Positions 24,801-40,800 of a stretch of DNA of 64,000 bases are shown here, one piece after another. Source of the DNA: Eledone cirrhosa (lineage: Eukaryota); contig OZ024749.1 of assembly GCA_964016885.1 (NCBI GenBank), forward strand, positions 24,242,001 to 24,306,000, read 5' to 3'. Within the stretch, counting starts at the first letter, position 1. The number at the start of each line of letters is the position of its first letter. A model generated the notes under the pieces. The model saw nothing but the letters and a program-made list of their open reading frames with translations. It ran no database searches and was not told the origin of the DNA. The translations under genes were made by a program, and so were the position numbers.

Positions 24801-26117
24801 GATAATAATGGAGCTGCGGCGCTGCAAATGGGTTACATATGAAAAGGTTTGTCCTCATCAGTGGCCTTCCAACCGTCGTAGGCATTTCGTCGCATTAAAG
24901 GCCATATACCTCAGGTTGGTGCGAGCAACGGCTAAAAAAAAGTCGTTGGGACACGTAAATAAAGGGGACGATAGGGTAAACAAACAAAATGGTTTAAGCA
25001 GCAGAAAGTGATGAAGAAGGAAACAAGTCCCAGATTTCTATGAATATAAATTCGGTGGAATCGTGAACGAGAGAATAAAGACCATCAAACCTTGTTGAAA
25101 TGTGAGCAAGGAAGGAATTTCGCACAGGTCTAACGGGAGGAAGAAGGGGTCTGGTCTGCGAATTCGGTAAACATAAGTTCTGTGAAGTCACAAACGAGAG
25201 AGAGAGAGAAAAAAAATTAATACCGGCTTGGCCAAGTGCCCGCGAGAAAAGGATAACGGACAGGTCAAACGGGAAGAAAGGGGAGGAGGAGAGGTAGTGA
25301 CAGAGAGTGAGTGAGTGAAAGGTGAGGAAGAGGCTAACAGAGAGAGAGAGACTGCTAGAAAGGATAAAGACACAAATAACAAAACAGACTGGTGGCAGCG
25401 GAGGAAAAAATATATGTGTAAATATGATAATAATGGAGCTGCGGCGCTGCAAATGGGTTACATATGAAAAAGTTTGTCCCCATCAGTGGCCTTCCAACCG
25501 TCGTAGGCATTTCGTCGCATTAAAGGCCATATACCTCAGGTTACACATATATTTTTTCCTCCGCCGCCACCAGTCTGTTTCGTTCTTTGTGTCTTTACCC
25601 TTTCTAGCAGGCTCTCTCTCTCTGTTAGGCTCTTCCTCACCTTTCACTCACTCACTCTCTGTCACTAACTCTCCCCTCCCCTTTCTTCCCGTTTGACCTG
25701 TCCGTAATCCCCTTCTCGCGGGCTCTTGGCCAAGCCAGTATGAATTATTTTTCTCTCTCTCTCGTCTGTGACTTCACAGAACTTATGTTTAGCGAATTCG
25801 CAGACCAGACCCCTTCTTCCTCCTGTTAGACCTGTGCGAAATTCCTTCCTTGCTCACATTTCAACCAGGTTTGATGGTCTTTATTCTCTCGTTCACGATT
25901 CCACCAAATTTATATTCATAGAAATCTGGGACTTGTTTCCTTCTTCATCACTTTCTGCTGCTTAAACCATTTTGTTTGTTTACCCTAGCGTCCCCTTTAT
26001 TTACGTGTCCCAACGACTTTTTTTAGCCGTTGCTCGCACCAACATGAGGTATATGGCTTTTAATGCGACGAAATGCCTACGACGGTTGGAAGTCCACTGA
26101 TGACGACAAACTTTTTC

Positions 26118-26121
<4 letters not shown>
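24799..26121. mobile_element. Non-coding direct-plus-inverted repeat element (PLE-like architecture) in (TA)n
   Basis: 24799-24918 repeats at about 25423-25542; about 24837-25422 is inverted at 25541-26121. Confidence 0.8.
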
Positions 26122-26151
<30 letters not shown>

Positions 26152-26170
26152 GTATATGTATATATATATG

Positions 26171-26213
<43 letters not shown>

Positions 26214-27072
26214 GTATATATATGTATATGTATATATATGTATATGTATATATATGTATATATATATATGTATATATATGTATATGTATATATATGTATA
26301 TGTATATATGTATATGTATATATATATATGTATATGTATATATATATGTATATATATGTATATGTACATATATACATATGTGTATGTATATATATATATA
26401 TGTATATGTATATATATGTATATGTACATATATACATATGTGTATGTATATATATATATATATGTATATGTATATATATGTATATGTATATATATATATG
26501 TATATGTATATATATGTATATATATGTATATGTATATATATGTATATGTATATATATGTATATGTATATATATATGTATATGTATATGTATATATATATG
26601 TATATGTATATATATATGTATATGTATATGTATATATATGTATATGTATATATATATGTATATGTATATATATATGTATATCTATATGTATATATATATA
26701 TGTATATGTATATGTATATATATATATATGTATAGATATGTATATGTATATATATATATATATATGTATAGATACGTACATATGTATGTATATGTAAAGA
26801 TGTATATATATATGTAAAGATACGTATATATATATATATGTATATGTAAAGATATGTATATATATATATGTATAGTTATCTATATATATTTTTATATGTA
26901 TATATATATATGTATATGTATAGATATGTATATATATATATATATATGTATATGTATAGATATGTATATATGTATATGTATAGATATGTATATATATATG
27001 TATATATAGAGATATGTACATATATATGTATATGTATAGATATGTACATATATATGTATATGAATAGATATG

Positions 27073-27105
<33 letters not shown>

Positions 27106-27607
27106 GTATATAGATATGTATATGTATAGATATGTATATATGTATATGTATATGTATAGATATGTATATATGTATATGTATATGTATAGATATGTATATA
27201 TATATGTATATGTATATCTATAGATATGTATATATATGTATATGTATATGTATAAGTATATATATGTGTATATGTATAGATATGTATATATATATGTATA
27301 TGTATATGTCTATATATGTATATATATATATGTATATGTATAGATATGTATATGTATATATATATATATATATATATGTATATGTATATATATATGTATA
27401 TGTATAGATATGTATATATTTACATGTATAGATATGTATATATGTATATGTATAGATATGTATATATATATGTATATTATAGATATGTATATATATATAT
27501 GTATATGTATAGATATGTATATATGTACATGTATAGATATGTATATAGATATGTATATGTATAGATACGTATATATATATGTATATGTATAGATATGTAT
27601 ATATGTT

Positions 27608-27648
<41 letters not shown>

Positions 27649-28700
27649 TGATATGTATATATATATGTATGTATATGTATATGTATATGTCTTTGTATGT
27701 ATTAATAGAAAGCAATGTACATGATGCTAATTTTATTCAGTTGAACAAGACTTCATGGCATCTTTTTAAATTAATTTTTACACCATATGTCTTTAATTAC
27801 AAATGAACTAATTAATGTCGAATACCATAGCCATATATTGTAATTTGAACATCTCGTAAGTTGGGTAAGTTGGTTATATACATATATATCACCATAAATA
27901 GCTGTTCGTCTATCTTTAAGTTCATTATCTAGCTAGTCTCGTAATCCCATGATTCTAAGTTTTGTTTTATTAAAAGTTACTGGAAAGACGAAGACACGCT
28001 TGATGAAGGATCTCCCTGATGTTTCCTGGCTGTTGCAGTAGTTGTTTATGGCCATTCTCCGCCGTAATGTCTTTACCTTTTGAGGCACTACCCAGACTAG
28101 GGTGTAAAGCATGTCTCTTCTCTTGTCCCTTTCTTTCGTTGCTTGATCCTTTTTTTTTCTCTTTCTTCTTTTCTTCCTTCCTTTAATAGTGTGTTTTGTT
28201 CGTATTAGATACCTCTCATTCATGTTTACGTAATTATATCCTAGAAAATTTCACTAATTAATGAATAAAAATTAAAATTACTTGTTCAATTTCTCCTGAA
28301 AAAATAATGTTTTGATTTGAAGATGGTATGTTGCTAATCAAACTTCAAACCCGGGTGTGCCTCGAATAAAGGAACATACCCAAGAGCTATGAACCATTTT
28401 AAGATCGTCTGCTTACATTTGCAATACACTCCTACAAAATGTCCCATGTCTGTTGTTTGTAGTCTTTTCATTCCGTTTTTTGAAAGGAAATTGTAATTTA
28501 ATTATACTTAATATTGGTAAATGATATTATGGACAAAGACAACATATATGTTTGAAAGCTTTATTAAATAATTCGATGATATATTGTTAATGAGAGAAAA
28601 TACCAGTAAATACAGAGATAAAGTGAGTTACATATACTCGAACCATAAGAAGCAAAATCGCTCTGTTTGATGTTTTTGATAACGTAATATTACTCAGAGG

Positions 28701-29052
28701 CAGGGTCGGAGTAAATGGAGTCAAAAGGGGAAATTTCTTCTGGTCTCCTGTGCTGTGGGGCCCACCTAGCGATGGCTACTGCAATATATGTGTCCCCTCT
28801 ACTTAGCTTTTTACTATTACGAGTTTTAATTTAATACCTGTATATACAACATTTCAATTTCAGTTACTTGCACGAAGCTTCTTTTGATATGTAAAATTGG
28901 ATATTTGTGGCGTAGGCAAATTTTTTGTGTATGAAGGGCCACCTAAAACTGAAGTAACCTGGGCCCCACAATGTCTAACATTGTTTGTGTATGTGTCCCC
29001 AGCCCCTCAACCTGAGGTGCGCCGGGTCCTACATGGTCTAAATCTTACCCTG
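28701..29052. mobile_element. Degenerate hAT-like MITE
   Basis: CAGGGT..ACCCTG termini; flanks CTCAGAGG and TTCACAGG (6/8 match). Confidence 0.5.
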
Positions 29053-29260
29053 TTCACAGGTGTTACAAATATTCTCATATAACAAAATAATAAATATATT
29101 GCTACATTGATCACATCGTCATTTTTATAGAAAACAATACAAACATTTGATCATCCTCATTTTCATGCCGTTCGATTTTACGGCAGACTTTGCCGAAAAT
29201 TCAAAAACAATATTTGTGTTCGCTTTAACGTTGTAGATACTTAAACGTATTCGTGACAGA

Positions 29261-29926
29261 ATATATATATTAATAAAAGTCTGTAATTGCTTGCTTGCTT
29301 GCTTGCTTGCTAGCCTCTCTGTAATGCAATACAGCCGAAATGGCGCATAATGGGAAAATACTTTGAAAGGAACTTACCCCTGAAATGGGAATACAAATGG
29401 AATGAAACAAGTTTCACATAGAGCGAAGCACGGGTTCCCAAGATATGGGGTTTTTGGGTACCTTCATAAACATAGAGAGAGAGAGAAGGGTAGGGAGAAA
29501 GAGATAGTGGCTGCGAGAGAGTAGATTGCAAGAGAGACATAGGGAGAGGAGACAGAGAATGAGAGAGAGATAGAGTGAGAAAGAGAGCTGTTGGTGTTGT
29601 CGTGTATATATAAATGTGTGTGTGTGTGTATATGTGTGTGTCTATGTATGTGTCTATGACCAGAGTATATAGATCACAGACACCCACATATATATATATA
29701 CATAGACACACACACACATAGACATATATATATATATATGTGTACAAACACACACATTTATATATATATATACACACACACGTATATATATATGGGTCTT
29801 CCAGTTTCATTTCACATTATATACATGTGTGAGTATATTTAAATTTTTTAGAAATTATTTTTAAGCGAACATGATTTTAAAATATATTTTGAAGTGAACG
29901 TGACACATGGGCCAAGGGTGGTCTAG
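29261..29926 (+). mobile_element. Possible non-autonomous Helitron-like element
   Basis: ATATATATTAATAAAAG start followed by (GCTT)n, internal GCGAAGCACGGG, CTAG-T end. Confidence 0.4.
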
Positions 29927-29938
29927 TAATATTATAAT

Positions 29939-30121
29939 AATTGTTTCTACTTTAGGCACGTGGCCAGCAATTACACAGTTCATTACTGGTACTTTATTTC
30001 ATCGACCCCATGAGGATGAAAGGCAAAGTTAACCTGGACGGGATTTGAACTCAGACCATAAAGGGTCATAACTATGCTAGAAAGCATGGCATCCGACCCT
30101 CCACCGATACTGCCAATCCAC
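29939..30121 (-). mobile_element. Family-A SINE
   Basis: A and B boxes and body. Confidence 0.9.
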
Positions 30122-30785
30122 TTATAATAATATCAGCATTCATTTCAGCCAATATCCCCATCCGCTCTCCATAAAGAATTTATCACAAATTATCACAAAA
30201 ATTTAGTGTTTTTGATTGATTTCGATGTATGAAAATGGTGGCTATACACTCTGTGACTGAGTTATTGACCACCACTCCGTCCAACCCCATAGACATTTTA
30301 TTTAACTAAATTTATAAACGTATTCGACGTTGAAATGAAAAGAAAGGAGCGTAAAGCAAATTTGTTAATAGAAAATAATTGTATGTACGAGAGATAATAT
30401 TATAATATTTTTTCTACTATGAAATAAATGTCACGCAATCAGGATGTCATGAATTCAATGACTAGGATTTAATTTCATTTCAATTAAATCAGTCGCGTTC
30501 ACGTAGCCATTATTCGAATTTTAATTAATTATATATTTTGAATCGGGATTTTAAAATGCGTAGAGATATAACGTCTGTTTATTTTATCAGAAATGGACGA
30601 ATCTAATGTTTGACATTGTAATCTTCATTAAAATCGCTTCGTTCGAAATTTGAAACATGGATGTATAAAGTTTATTACCTGGCAATACTTTGTGGCTTTT
30701 CCTGTGCATGACTTCTTCGAAAGATTCTATTATATATTTCCTAGAATTCATTGTACGAAACGGGATATGTATGTATGTGGGTGCA

Positions 30786-30829
<44 letters not shown>

Positions 30830-30908
30830 GAATATATATATGTGTATATATATATGTGTATATATAACAACTAGAATATATAACTGTGTATATATATATA
30901 TGAATGTA

Positions 30909-30975
<67 letters not shown>

Positions 30976-31030
30976 GTGCCTGTGTGAATGTATGTGTTTA
31001 TGTATGTATATATATATGTATGTATATATG

Positions 31031-31101
<71 letters not shown>

Positions 31102-31150
31102 GTGCCTGTGTGAATGTATGTGTCTATGTATGTATATATATATGTATGTA

Positions 31151-31182
<32 letters not shown>

Positions 31183-31587
31183 AATATTTATATATATATA
31201 TATACATGTGCCTGTGTGAATGTATGTGTGTATGTATGTATTTATACATGTATGTACGTATGTATGAACATATATATGGCTGCATGTATGTATGTAGTGA
31301 TATATCTCTTTATGTATGTATATATGTAAGCAATTGTTTTAAAAGTATCGCCGCTGATTGGCGTTAACAGGCGAACGAATGCTGGAGTTACTAGCAACCA
31401 CCTCCTTGCAATATCACGTGTTATACTTTAATCAACTACAAAGAATAATACTGTACCACAATATTTGATTGTCATTATAAATATATGATTGTTCTCGAAA
31501 CAATTTCTTATGCATATATATACACACGCATATATAAATATTCATATATATATACACATACATATATATATATATACATATATTTAT

Positions 31588-31622
<35 letters not shown>

Positions 31623-31920
31623 GTACACACACGCGGATGTTGAGCTATATATATATATATATATATACATATGTATGTTTCTATATATATATATATATAT
31701 ATGTATGTTTCTATATATATATATATATATATATATACATGTTTCTATATATATATATATATATACATATGTATGTTTGTATATATATAATATATATATA
31801 CATATGTATGTTTGCATATATATATATATGTTTGTATATATATATATATATATGTTTGTATATATATATATAGATATGTATGTTTGTATATATATATATG
31901 TATGTTTGTATATGTATGTT

Positions 31921-31956
<36 letters not shown>

Positions 31957-32244
31957 GTAGGATGTGAGTTTTATTGTTGTACAATAAAGCAATGCAGATA
32001 TCGGATAAGTAGCACTCTACAGTTTATATGACTGGAGTATAAATAATATATAAGATCAAAAGATGTTTAAAAGAGTTCCATGTATTTTATTATGCGCATT
32101 TCAAAAACATGGAACTCTTTTAACCATCTTTTGATCTTATATATTATATATATACATATGTATGTTTGTACATATATATATATATATAATATTATAATGA
32201 AATCACAGGAGGCTGGATTTGTGTAAATCCTTGAAAGGTTTATT

Positions 32245-32302
32245 ATACTATGATCATTTCAATGACCGGGTTCCGTATGAATCCGGTGATATCATCAGGT
32301 AT
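32245..32302 (-). ncRNA. Type I hammerhead ribozyme (inverted copy of 34184)
   Basis: ATAC-CTGATGA..ACCGG..CCGGT..GAAA-TGATCA-TA-GTAT. Confidence 0.85.
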
Positions 32303-34183
32303 TCGAAATATAATACGTGAATGTAATAGGTAAAAATCGAGACCCTGATATGTTTATATATTTATACCTCTGCTGTACCAATGTGCTCTTCCACGTATTC
32401 CACTTCTATGTATCCATGTATTTCTACCCCTCACATTGGGACCTGTACCCATTAGCTCTTCCACGTATTCCACTTCTATGTATCCATGTATTTCTACTCC
32501 TCACATTGGGACCTGTACCCATTAGCACACGACACTAGAATGTCTCCTCCTGAGAACAAAAATTAAACATTACACGACTATATCCCGTACTCTACATCCC
32601 ACTAGGATAAATTACAGATATACATAATACAATTAACGTTTCTTCATAAAAGACTATTTAATTAAACCCCGCAACCCAAAACCTCATAGAAGTTATTTGA
32701 ATGTCTAATCTTCAATTTTCTGTTTGTTCAATTCTCAATCCTCTTACTCCTTAGTTTCATAATGTTATTCTGAATTCTTTCAACTTCATCCGATAGAGTT
32801 AAGCAAAATTCTAAAGTTCCAACTTTCTGTCGGACCGTTGGGTGGGTTTTAGCGGCGGCGCGACCAGCTCCCTGGCGAACGGGCTCACCTGGAGTGATTG
32901 GAAAAATAAATTCCCCTTCTTTCAGTAAATGAAAATACTCGGCGTGGCTTAATTAGCCATGGGGCCTGGGGCGCGGCCGGTGTTTTAACCGCCAAATAGT
33001 ACCTTTAAATTACAGAACAAATCGGAACTATTATATATATCAACCTGAAACTGTTGAGCTTTAAGTTTTCTAACCTCTTTAATATGGAATATTGATTATT
33101 AATTTATTAATTTTTTAACTTCATCCTATAAGTCTAAACATTGTTACACACTGACCCCCAATATATTCACCTCTGCTAAGATGCGAGTCCCTGTGAAAAT
33201 TTTGTCGCGCCACTCCTGGCCCGACTGTGGTGTGACATTAATATCGACCTTCCTTCCTCTCTCTTTCTATCTTCCTTCTTGTAGCTATCAACCATTACTC
33301 TTTTACTTCTCTAAGCTAAATTTTAAAGTTCCAACTTTCTGTCGGACTGTTGGGTGGGTTTTAATGGCGGCGCGACCAGCTCCGTGGCGAACGAGCTCAC
33401 CTAGAGTGCTTGGAAAAATAAATTTCCCCTTTCAGTAAATGAAAATACTCGGCGTGGCTTAATTCGCCATGGGGCCCGGGGCGTGGCCGTTGTTTTAACC
33501 GCCAAATAGTACCTTTAAATTACAGAACAAATCGGAACTATTATATAATTAATTGTTAAACTGTTGAACTTTAAATTTTCTAACCTCTTTAATATTGAAT
33601 ATTGATTATTAAATGTTTTTAACTTCATCCTAGAAGTCTAAACACTGTAAAACACTGACTCCCAATATATCCATCTCCGCTAAGATGCGGGTCCCTGTGA
33701 AAATTTTCTCGCGCCACTCCTGGCTCGACTGTGGTCTGACATTAATATCGACCTTTCTTCCTCTTCCTTTCTATCTTCCTTCTTGTAGCCATCAACCCTT
33801 ACTTTTCTACTTCTCTCTTCCCTTCCTTCTCTCCTCTCCTCCTCCCTGCAGACTTATCTTCCTTCCCCCTCTTGCTTGCCTATATCTGACTAGTAGTAGT
33901 TACCTTCCTCTTTTAGCTGACATTAACCCTGACTTCTCTTCTTCTTTCTTCCCCCTTCTTCTCCTTCCTTTCTTTCTTTCTTTTACCTTGTGTCATGGGA
34001 TCGACGTTAACCTATGCTCCCATCTCTTTCTGTTTTCGTTCATCTGACCGGTAGTAGCATACTATAAAATTTAGCCACGTCACTCCAGGGCGACCGGCTG
34101 AGGTTGAAGGAACAGAATAGCCCTCGGGTCTCGATTTTCAGCCCCATGGATTTTACCTATTACATTCACGTATTATATTTCGA

Positions 34184-34241
34184 ATACCTGATGATATCAC
34201 CGGATTCATACGGAACCCGGTCATTGAAATGATCATAGTAT
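34184..34241 (+). ncRNA. Type I hammerhead ribozyme
   Basis: ATAC-CTGATGA-stem II-GAAA-TGATCA-TA-GTAT, then AATAAA. Confidence 0.85.
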
Positions 34242-34478
34242 AATAAACCTTTCAAGGATTTACACAAATCCAGCCTCCTGTCATTTCATTATAATATTTA
34301 ACTCCGTAATAGCACCACCAACTACAAAAACAAAGACGGTTGAACTGCTTTACGTTGAGTACTCTCTATATTATTGCATTACGATTGACCATACGGAATA
34401 GACCAGCTCTACACAGTGGTGAACCTCAAACCTGAATAAATATATATATATATATATATATATACATATGTATGTTTG

Positions 34479-34511
<33 letters not shown>

Positions 34512-34518
34512 GTATGTT

Positions 34519-34567
<49 letters not shown>

Positions 34568-34636
34568 GTATGTTTGTACATATATACATATGTATGTTTG
34601 TATATATATATATACATATATATACATATGTATGTT

Positions 34637-34688
<52 letters not shown>

Positions 34689-35336
34689 TGTATGTTTGTG
34701 TATATATATATACATATATATTTATATATAATCTACAGATATAATTTCAGAAGATATACCCCTAAGACAAACGCTATGCTGTGTACGGAGGTGACACACT
34801 TGGGAAAGAATTGAATGTACGAATCAAAAAGCTGCTGGAATTAGTTAAACAATCTACTGCAGTCAGAATGAAGTATTTGGCTAGTTTACTCTTTATTTTT
34901 TGTCTACATTGTCATATAAGCAGGACTTATTATTCCAACACAGATTGCTAATGTTCGTCAACTCGTTAAGAGAATTTTCATAATTCTATTATTTTCTATA
35001 GAACGTATCGAATCCAATTATCACACGGGTAATTGTGTTTGACTAAATCAATACATGTACACATTCATGCAGAGTTCCAAACACTCACATACATACACAT
35101 ACACATACATACACACATACCCCCCCCCCCATATATATACGTGTGTGCGTGTATGTTTGAGTGAGTGTGTGTTGGCATATATACGAATATATATATATAT
35201 ACATACGCATAAAGATGCCCCTGACTCTCCATGTACACCATACTCCTCTCTCTCTCTCTCTTTCTCTATCTCTCTTTCCCTCTCTCTTTCTCTCTCTCTT
35301 TCTCTCTCTTTTTCTCTGTCTCTCTTTCTCTCTCAC

Positions 35337-35418
<82 letters not shown>

Positions 35419-36686
35419 CCTCCCTCTCCCCCTCTCTCTCTAATCTTGACAGCGGCGCCGAGTTTTCCAACTATGCCGAAAGTTTGTTCCCACTGTATAT
35501 ATATATATATGTGTGTGTGCGTATGTATACACCTATATATGTATATTTATATATACATATGTGCGTTTTATATAATGCTACAGCACCATTCCATTGTTTA
35601 TTTGTGTTTGGCATAGTCTTATACGTTGTACACAGATTTGTCAGCATGTGTGGTTGTGTGTGTATGTCTTTATCACCAAATATGGCATAATTTTAAGATT
35701 GTGTATGACCAGCTTAATTTCACACCCAGCTTCATATATTCTATTTCGTGTTATGATTCATTCTTACGTGTCGTACATTTTAAAACTCAAAAGTCACTAC
35801 GTCGTAACCATTCTAGTCGTAAATTCTATCGTGACATTTAGCGGGAGAGTCATTCTCTTTCTGCTTTGTTTTCTGTAGAGTCTGGGTTTAATTTTCCATT
35901 ATATGGGTGGGTTCATTAATCTGTCTTCAGATATAATGTTTACTTTAATGGTTTCTAGTGTGCCAATATGATCTAGTTTGGTAGATTAGCTGAGAATCTC
36001 AGGGATTCTTTTGTGATCCTTCGATGTTTCCACACGTAACAAGCCAAAAATCTATGAAAGATCTAATAATTGTTTTAATATAAACCACATATTGTCATAC
36101 ATGCAGCGTAAGCGTAACAAATTATAAATGTTTCGGTACTTCAACGATTGAGAACTATATACCAGGTCCTTAATTATGGATTCTTGTCATTTCCTGTAGG
36201 ACTTTCAACACTCAAATCCTACATGGATATCCTGAGGATACCTGAGTGTTACCTGGTAATATTTAATTTGAAATATGCCTAAATATTAATGATATGATTT
36301 GAAGCATCATCTTCGGTTGCCACCCGATTTAAATTATATATGTACACACACACATATATATATATGGATACATGCATCGTGTATATCTAACAAAAATTAT
36401 CTTCCTCGTCTCTATTTTCCTTCCAATGAATCAACACAGAAATGAATAAGGAAATGTCACTTTAGAATTGTTCTTCTTTAATATAGTTCCATTTAAGTTA
36501 TTGGCACTACAATACGGATAGTTAAGGGTGACACCTACAGCCTTTGTAATCAGTGCGGAAAATGAAGGGAGTTATGTAACGCCAGTCAATAATTTGTAAC
36601 ATCTAAGACGGTTACCTTTCCTGAATTTCCAATAATCACATAGCTGAAACTCAGACATAACATCGATTATATATAATATATATTTA

Positions 36687-36723
<37 letters not shown>

Positions 36724-36737
36724 GTATATATATATAT

Positions 36738-37010
36738 AGGAACGAGTAGGACCCCGACGGCTGAGCTCAAGCCGTTTCGACGGCTAATTCCGACCCTACC
36801 ACGCCGTATCCAGACTTTTCCGCTAAGCTCAAGTTATTTCACCCGCACCATGCGAAAACACAACATCGACTTTCCAGAATTAGCCGTCGAGACGGCTTCA
36901 GATCAGCCGTCGGGGTCCTACTCGTTCCTATTACCCACTCTACTACCCTAAGTATTGAGTACTTTGGTGCGTTATGGTCCACCTGGTTCCTTACCACATT
37001 TCCTTCGTTG
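36738..37010 (+). mobile_element. Short PLE-terminus element with inverted 5' segment
   Basis: 36738-36789 is inverted relative to about 36876-36930; the 3' part matches 50008-50143; sits in (TA)n. Confidence 0.7.
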
Positions 37011-37312
37011 TGTATATATATATATATATATACATACTTGCCTGCATCCATGCACCCATACCAACAAACGTATAATAAATACATACATAAATGCATATGT
37101 GCATACATAGTTACATACATACATATACCTGCATACATTCATACATATATACATACACCCACATAGTAAATTGGAAATTTAGGAAGTTAATGAGCTTATA
37201 TAGAAAATAGAAAAATGTTCTTTCTACTTCAAATCCACATGGTATAGACAAAATTTAAATAAACAATACCAAACCATCTCTTGTAGAACTAGAAAGTGTA
37301 AGCGACGGCTTA

Positions 37313-37395
<83 letters not shown>

Positions 37396-37489
37396 AAACT
37401 AATCATATGTGCACTGCCTCTTCGCTTCCACATTTTTTTGTTTTTTGTTCTGTTTACTTTTTAAAATATATGTATATAAACACACACAC

Positions 37490-37543
<54 letters not shown>

Positions 37544-37582
37544 TCATAAATATGTTTATTTATGTATATATATGTGTGTGTG

Positions 37583-37642
<60 letters not shown>

Positions 37643-37647
37643 AAGAT

Positions 37648-37696
<49 letters not shown>

Positions 37697-37701
37697 AAGA
37701 T

Positions 37702-37760
<59 letters not shown>

Positions 37761-37825
37761 AAGATGTTTATATATATATATATACATAAAGATGTTTATA
37801 TATATATATATATATACATAAAGAT

Positions 37826-37874
<49 letters not shown>

Positions 37875-38232
37875 AAGATGTTTATATATGTATATATGTG
37901 TGTGTTTATTTATGTATATATATATATATAATTGTTTATTTACACACACACGTATGTATGAGAGAAGGAGAGAGAGAGAGAGCGAAGAAAATGAGTGAGA
38001 GGGAAAGATAGATATTTCTTGGCAAATCGTTTTTAAATTGATTAACATAATATACACTGAGAAAGACAAAAGACCGTTATTGAAACAAACAATTGCATGC
38101 CAAATAAAATTTATATGTACTTGAGGAAAATCTAAAATGTATATAAATGTCGAATAGTATGAAGAAATAACGAATTCCAGACTTTGGAAATATACACTAA
38201 TACGTATGAATGTGTATATATATATATATACA

Positions 38233-38277
<45 letters not shown>

Positions 38278-38283
38278 GCATAA

Positions 38284-38314
<31 letters not shown>

Positions 38315-38376
38315 TATACACACACATACATATATATGTATATATACTTATACACACTCACATATATATATACACC

Positions 38377-38432
<56 letters not shown>

Positions 38433-38511
38433 TATATACACACACATACACACATATATACACAAACACACACACATATATACACACACACATATACACA
38501 CACACATATAT

Positions 38512-38586
<75 letters not shown>

Positions 38587-38908
38587 TATATGTACACGCA
38601 CACACACACGCAGACACATACACAGACTATCACTGTTATTTTTATCTGAACTGAATCAATGCCTGGCCATAAAAGTAGTTCGTATGTAAACAAATAAGCA
38701 ATATGCCAATGTCAATTTCAACGCCGTTCTTTGAACATCAGGAAGCAATAAACCATCCCCATTCTCTCTCTCTCTCTCTCTCTCTCTCGAGAGAGAGAGA
38801 GAGAGAGAGAGATGGATGCTTATATGCCTAAATATGTGTGTGTGTATATATGTGTCTATATCTCCGTGCAAGTGTATATATATATATATATGTATTTATA
38901 TATATATA

Positions 38909-38944
<36 letters not shown>

Positions 38945-38975
38945 CCTGTGTGTGTGTCTATATATTCGTGCAAGT

Positions 38976-39014
<39 letters not shown>

Positions 39015-40574
39015 CCTATACACATATATATATCTGTGGGTGGTGTACGTGTGTGTATGAGTTTCTGTCTTCATGTAGGCTTCTCTTACTTTCTATGTAA
39101 TCTTGGTTCCTCTCTCGCTCTGTATTTCTAAATATCTCACTCTCTCTCTTTCCCCTTTTTTTCTCTCTCGTTTTTCAATTCTGTCTAGTAATAGATGAAA
39201 TCTATTGACAAATATGATCGAGTGTTTCGGTGCCATGATCGATTTCAGCAATATGCAGACAGTTTCCAATCTCTAGCGAGAATAAGTGGCATGAAAATTC
39301 CACCATAATCTCTTTCTGACAATTGTAAATCTACCAAGCTACATCTATCTCAAATATTTCAAGCTGGAACCAATTTGACATTGATCACATTAAAACTTCC
39401 TATTGGTATTTCACTTTATGTTCTTTGGAAATTATTTATTTTTTTCATTCTTTATTCATATACATATTTATTTATATTTTATTATTTTATCGCATTCATT
39501 CTTCTAAATGAGGCCATATTGTAATATCACGTTTTTTTTTGTAAATCTTATTTTTATTTAGGTTGTTTTATTTTGGTTGTTTGATTTATTGTCTAAGAAT
39601 TGAGGATTTACTCTTGTCGGGATATTTAAGAATCTGAAGTGCCTTTGACTAGAATAATCTATGAATATATGCATAGCATATTGGAAATAGTATCCATTTT
39701 AAAATCAGACATATGATATAAATTATGGAAAAATGTGATGTTGTGGTTTTCATGCCTTTGTAAAAATCATGATGGTCTTAAGGAAAATGAATACAATGCC
39801 ACCAGTAATATATAGATTGACATATTTCAAATGTTCTTCATGTATAGGCTTTTAACATTGCCACAACATGGGTATAGGATATGATATTGATAATACACAG
39901 ATAAATCAAATAGGTAATATATTTTAAATATTTTAATAACATATAAGTATATCGCATTCACACCTACACGGATATTACAAAATTTGTAAGACAGTGCAAT
40001 ATTGTTAAGAGTTTGTAGGCATGTTCTCATGCTCCGTATATCATGTTTATGTATTTGCTCTAATGACTTGTTCTGTATTTGACCCGATATAAATACGTTT
40101 TAGTTACAATTTCCTTAGACAGTGGGAAAATGGTAGTGCCAGGCACCCATTCCAGTTTTTCTGCAATAGGTTCTAGGGCAGAAAGGAATATATGAAACTT
40201 AGGACAGAGATTCGGTTCGAGTCTTTGCAACCGAGTGGAAATGTTGTGATGATGGTGTTAACCCAAGTGACAACTCTCTCCTATAACCGATGCAAAAGTG
40301 TATGTTCTGTTAATAATACATTTATGTGCAGTGTGGGTGACCTGAAGCGAGGGAGATGAATTCAATCGTCTGTAGATTTAAATACATAAGAGACGTAACG
40401 GCAGAGCCCACGTTATTTTTCAACGAAGTAATCCTCAAAACGATGACATATACCGAATGCTGACATCAGAATGGGATCTGCTAAAATTCCCCAAAGCAAG
40501 CGGTTCTTATGTACCAGTCAACAGACTACGTAAAAAAAAAGTCTGAAGTTTGTCACAAGCCAGACGGCTAATCA

Positions 40575-40800
40575 GAGAGGTGCTTATCCCACTTTTCGTG
40601 AGGTTAAGCGACTGAGAGTAAAATAGACCTCAATAGACAGAACGTCAGTCCATGGCAGGGTTAAATTCTTAGCTACTGCCAGTAGTCATTTCAGGGGAAT
40701 ATAATGGGGCAACGTCAAATGAAGTGTTTTGTTCAAAAACACAGCACACAACAGAGTCAAAGAATCAAACACACTTACCACAAGGCCACACTCCCCCACA
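40575..40800 (-). mobile_element. Older tRNA-derived SINE (family B)
   Basis: Head GGGAGTGTGGCCTTGTGGTAAG (A box), TGTGTTTTTGAACAAAACACTT, tail TCGCTT..GGGATAAGCACC. Confidence 0.6.

Larger units (their letters stand above)
32186..34296 (+). mobile_element. PLE-like element with inverted hammerhead-containing termini and internal tandem duplications
   Basis: About 32186-32347 is inverted at about 34123-34296; direct repeats of about 510 bp (32800-33310, 33312-33810) and 70 bp (32385-32524). Confidence 0.8.

Noticed and set aside
26066-26110. GAAA followed by CTGATGA as a type II hammerhead (also at 24845-24890)
   Set aside because: Stems II and III cannot be paired convincingly
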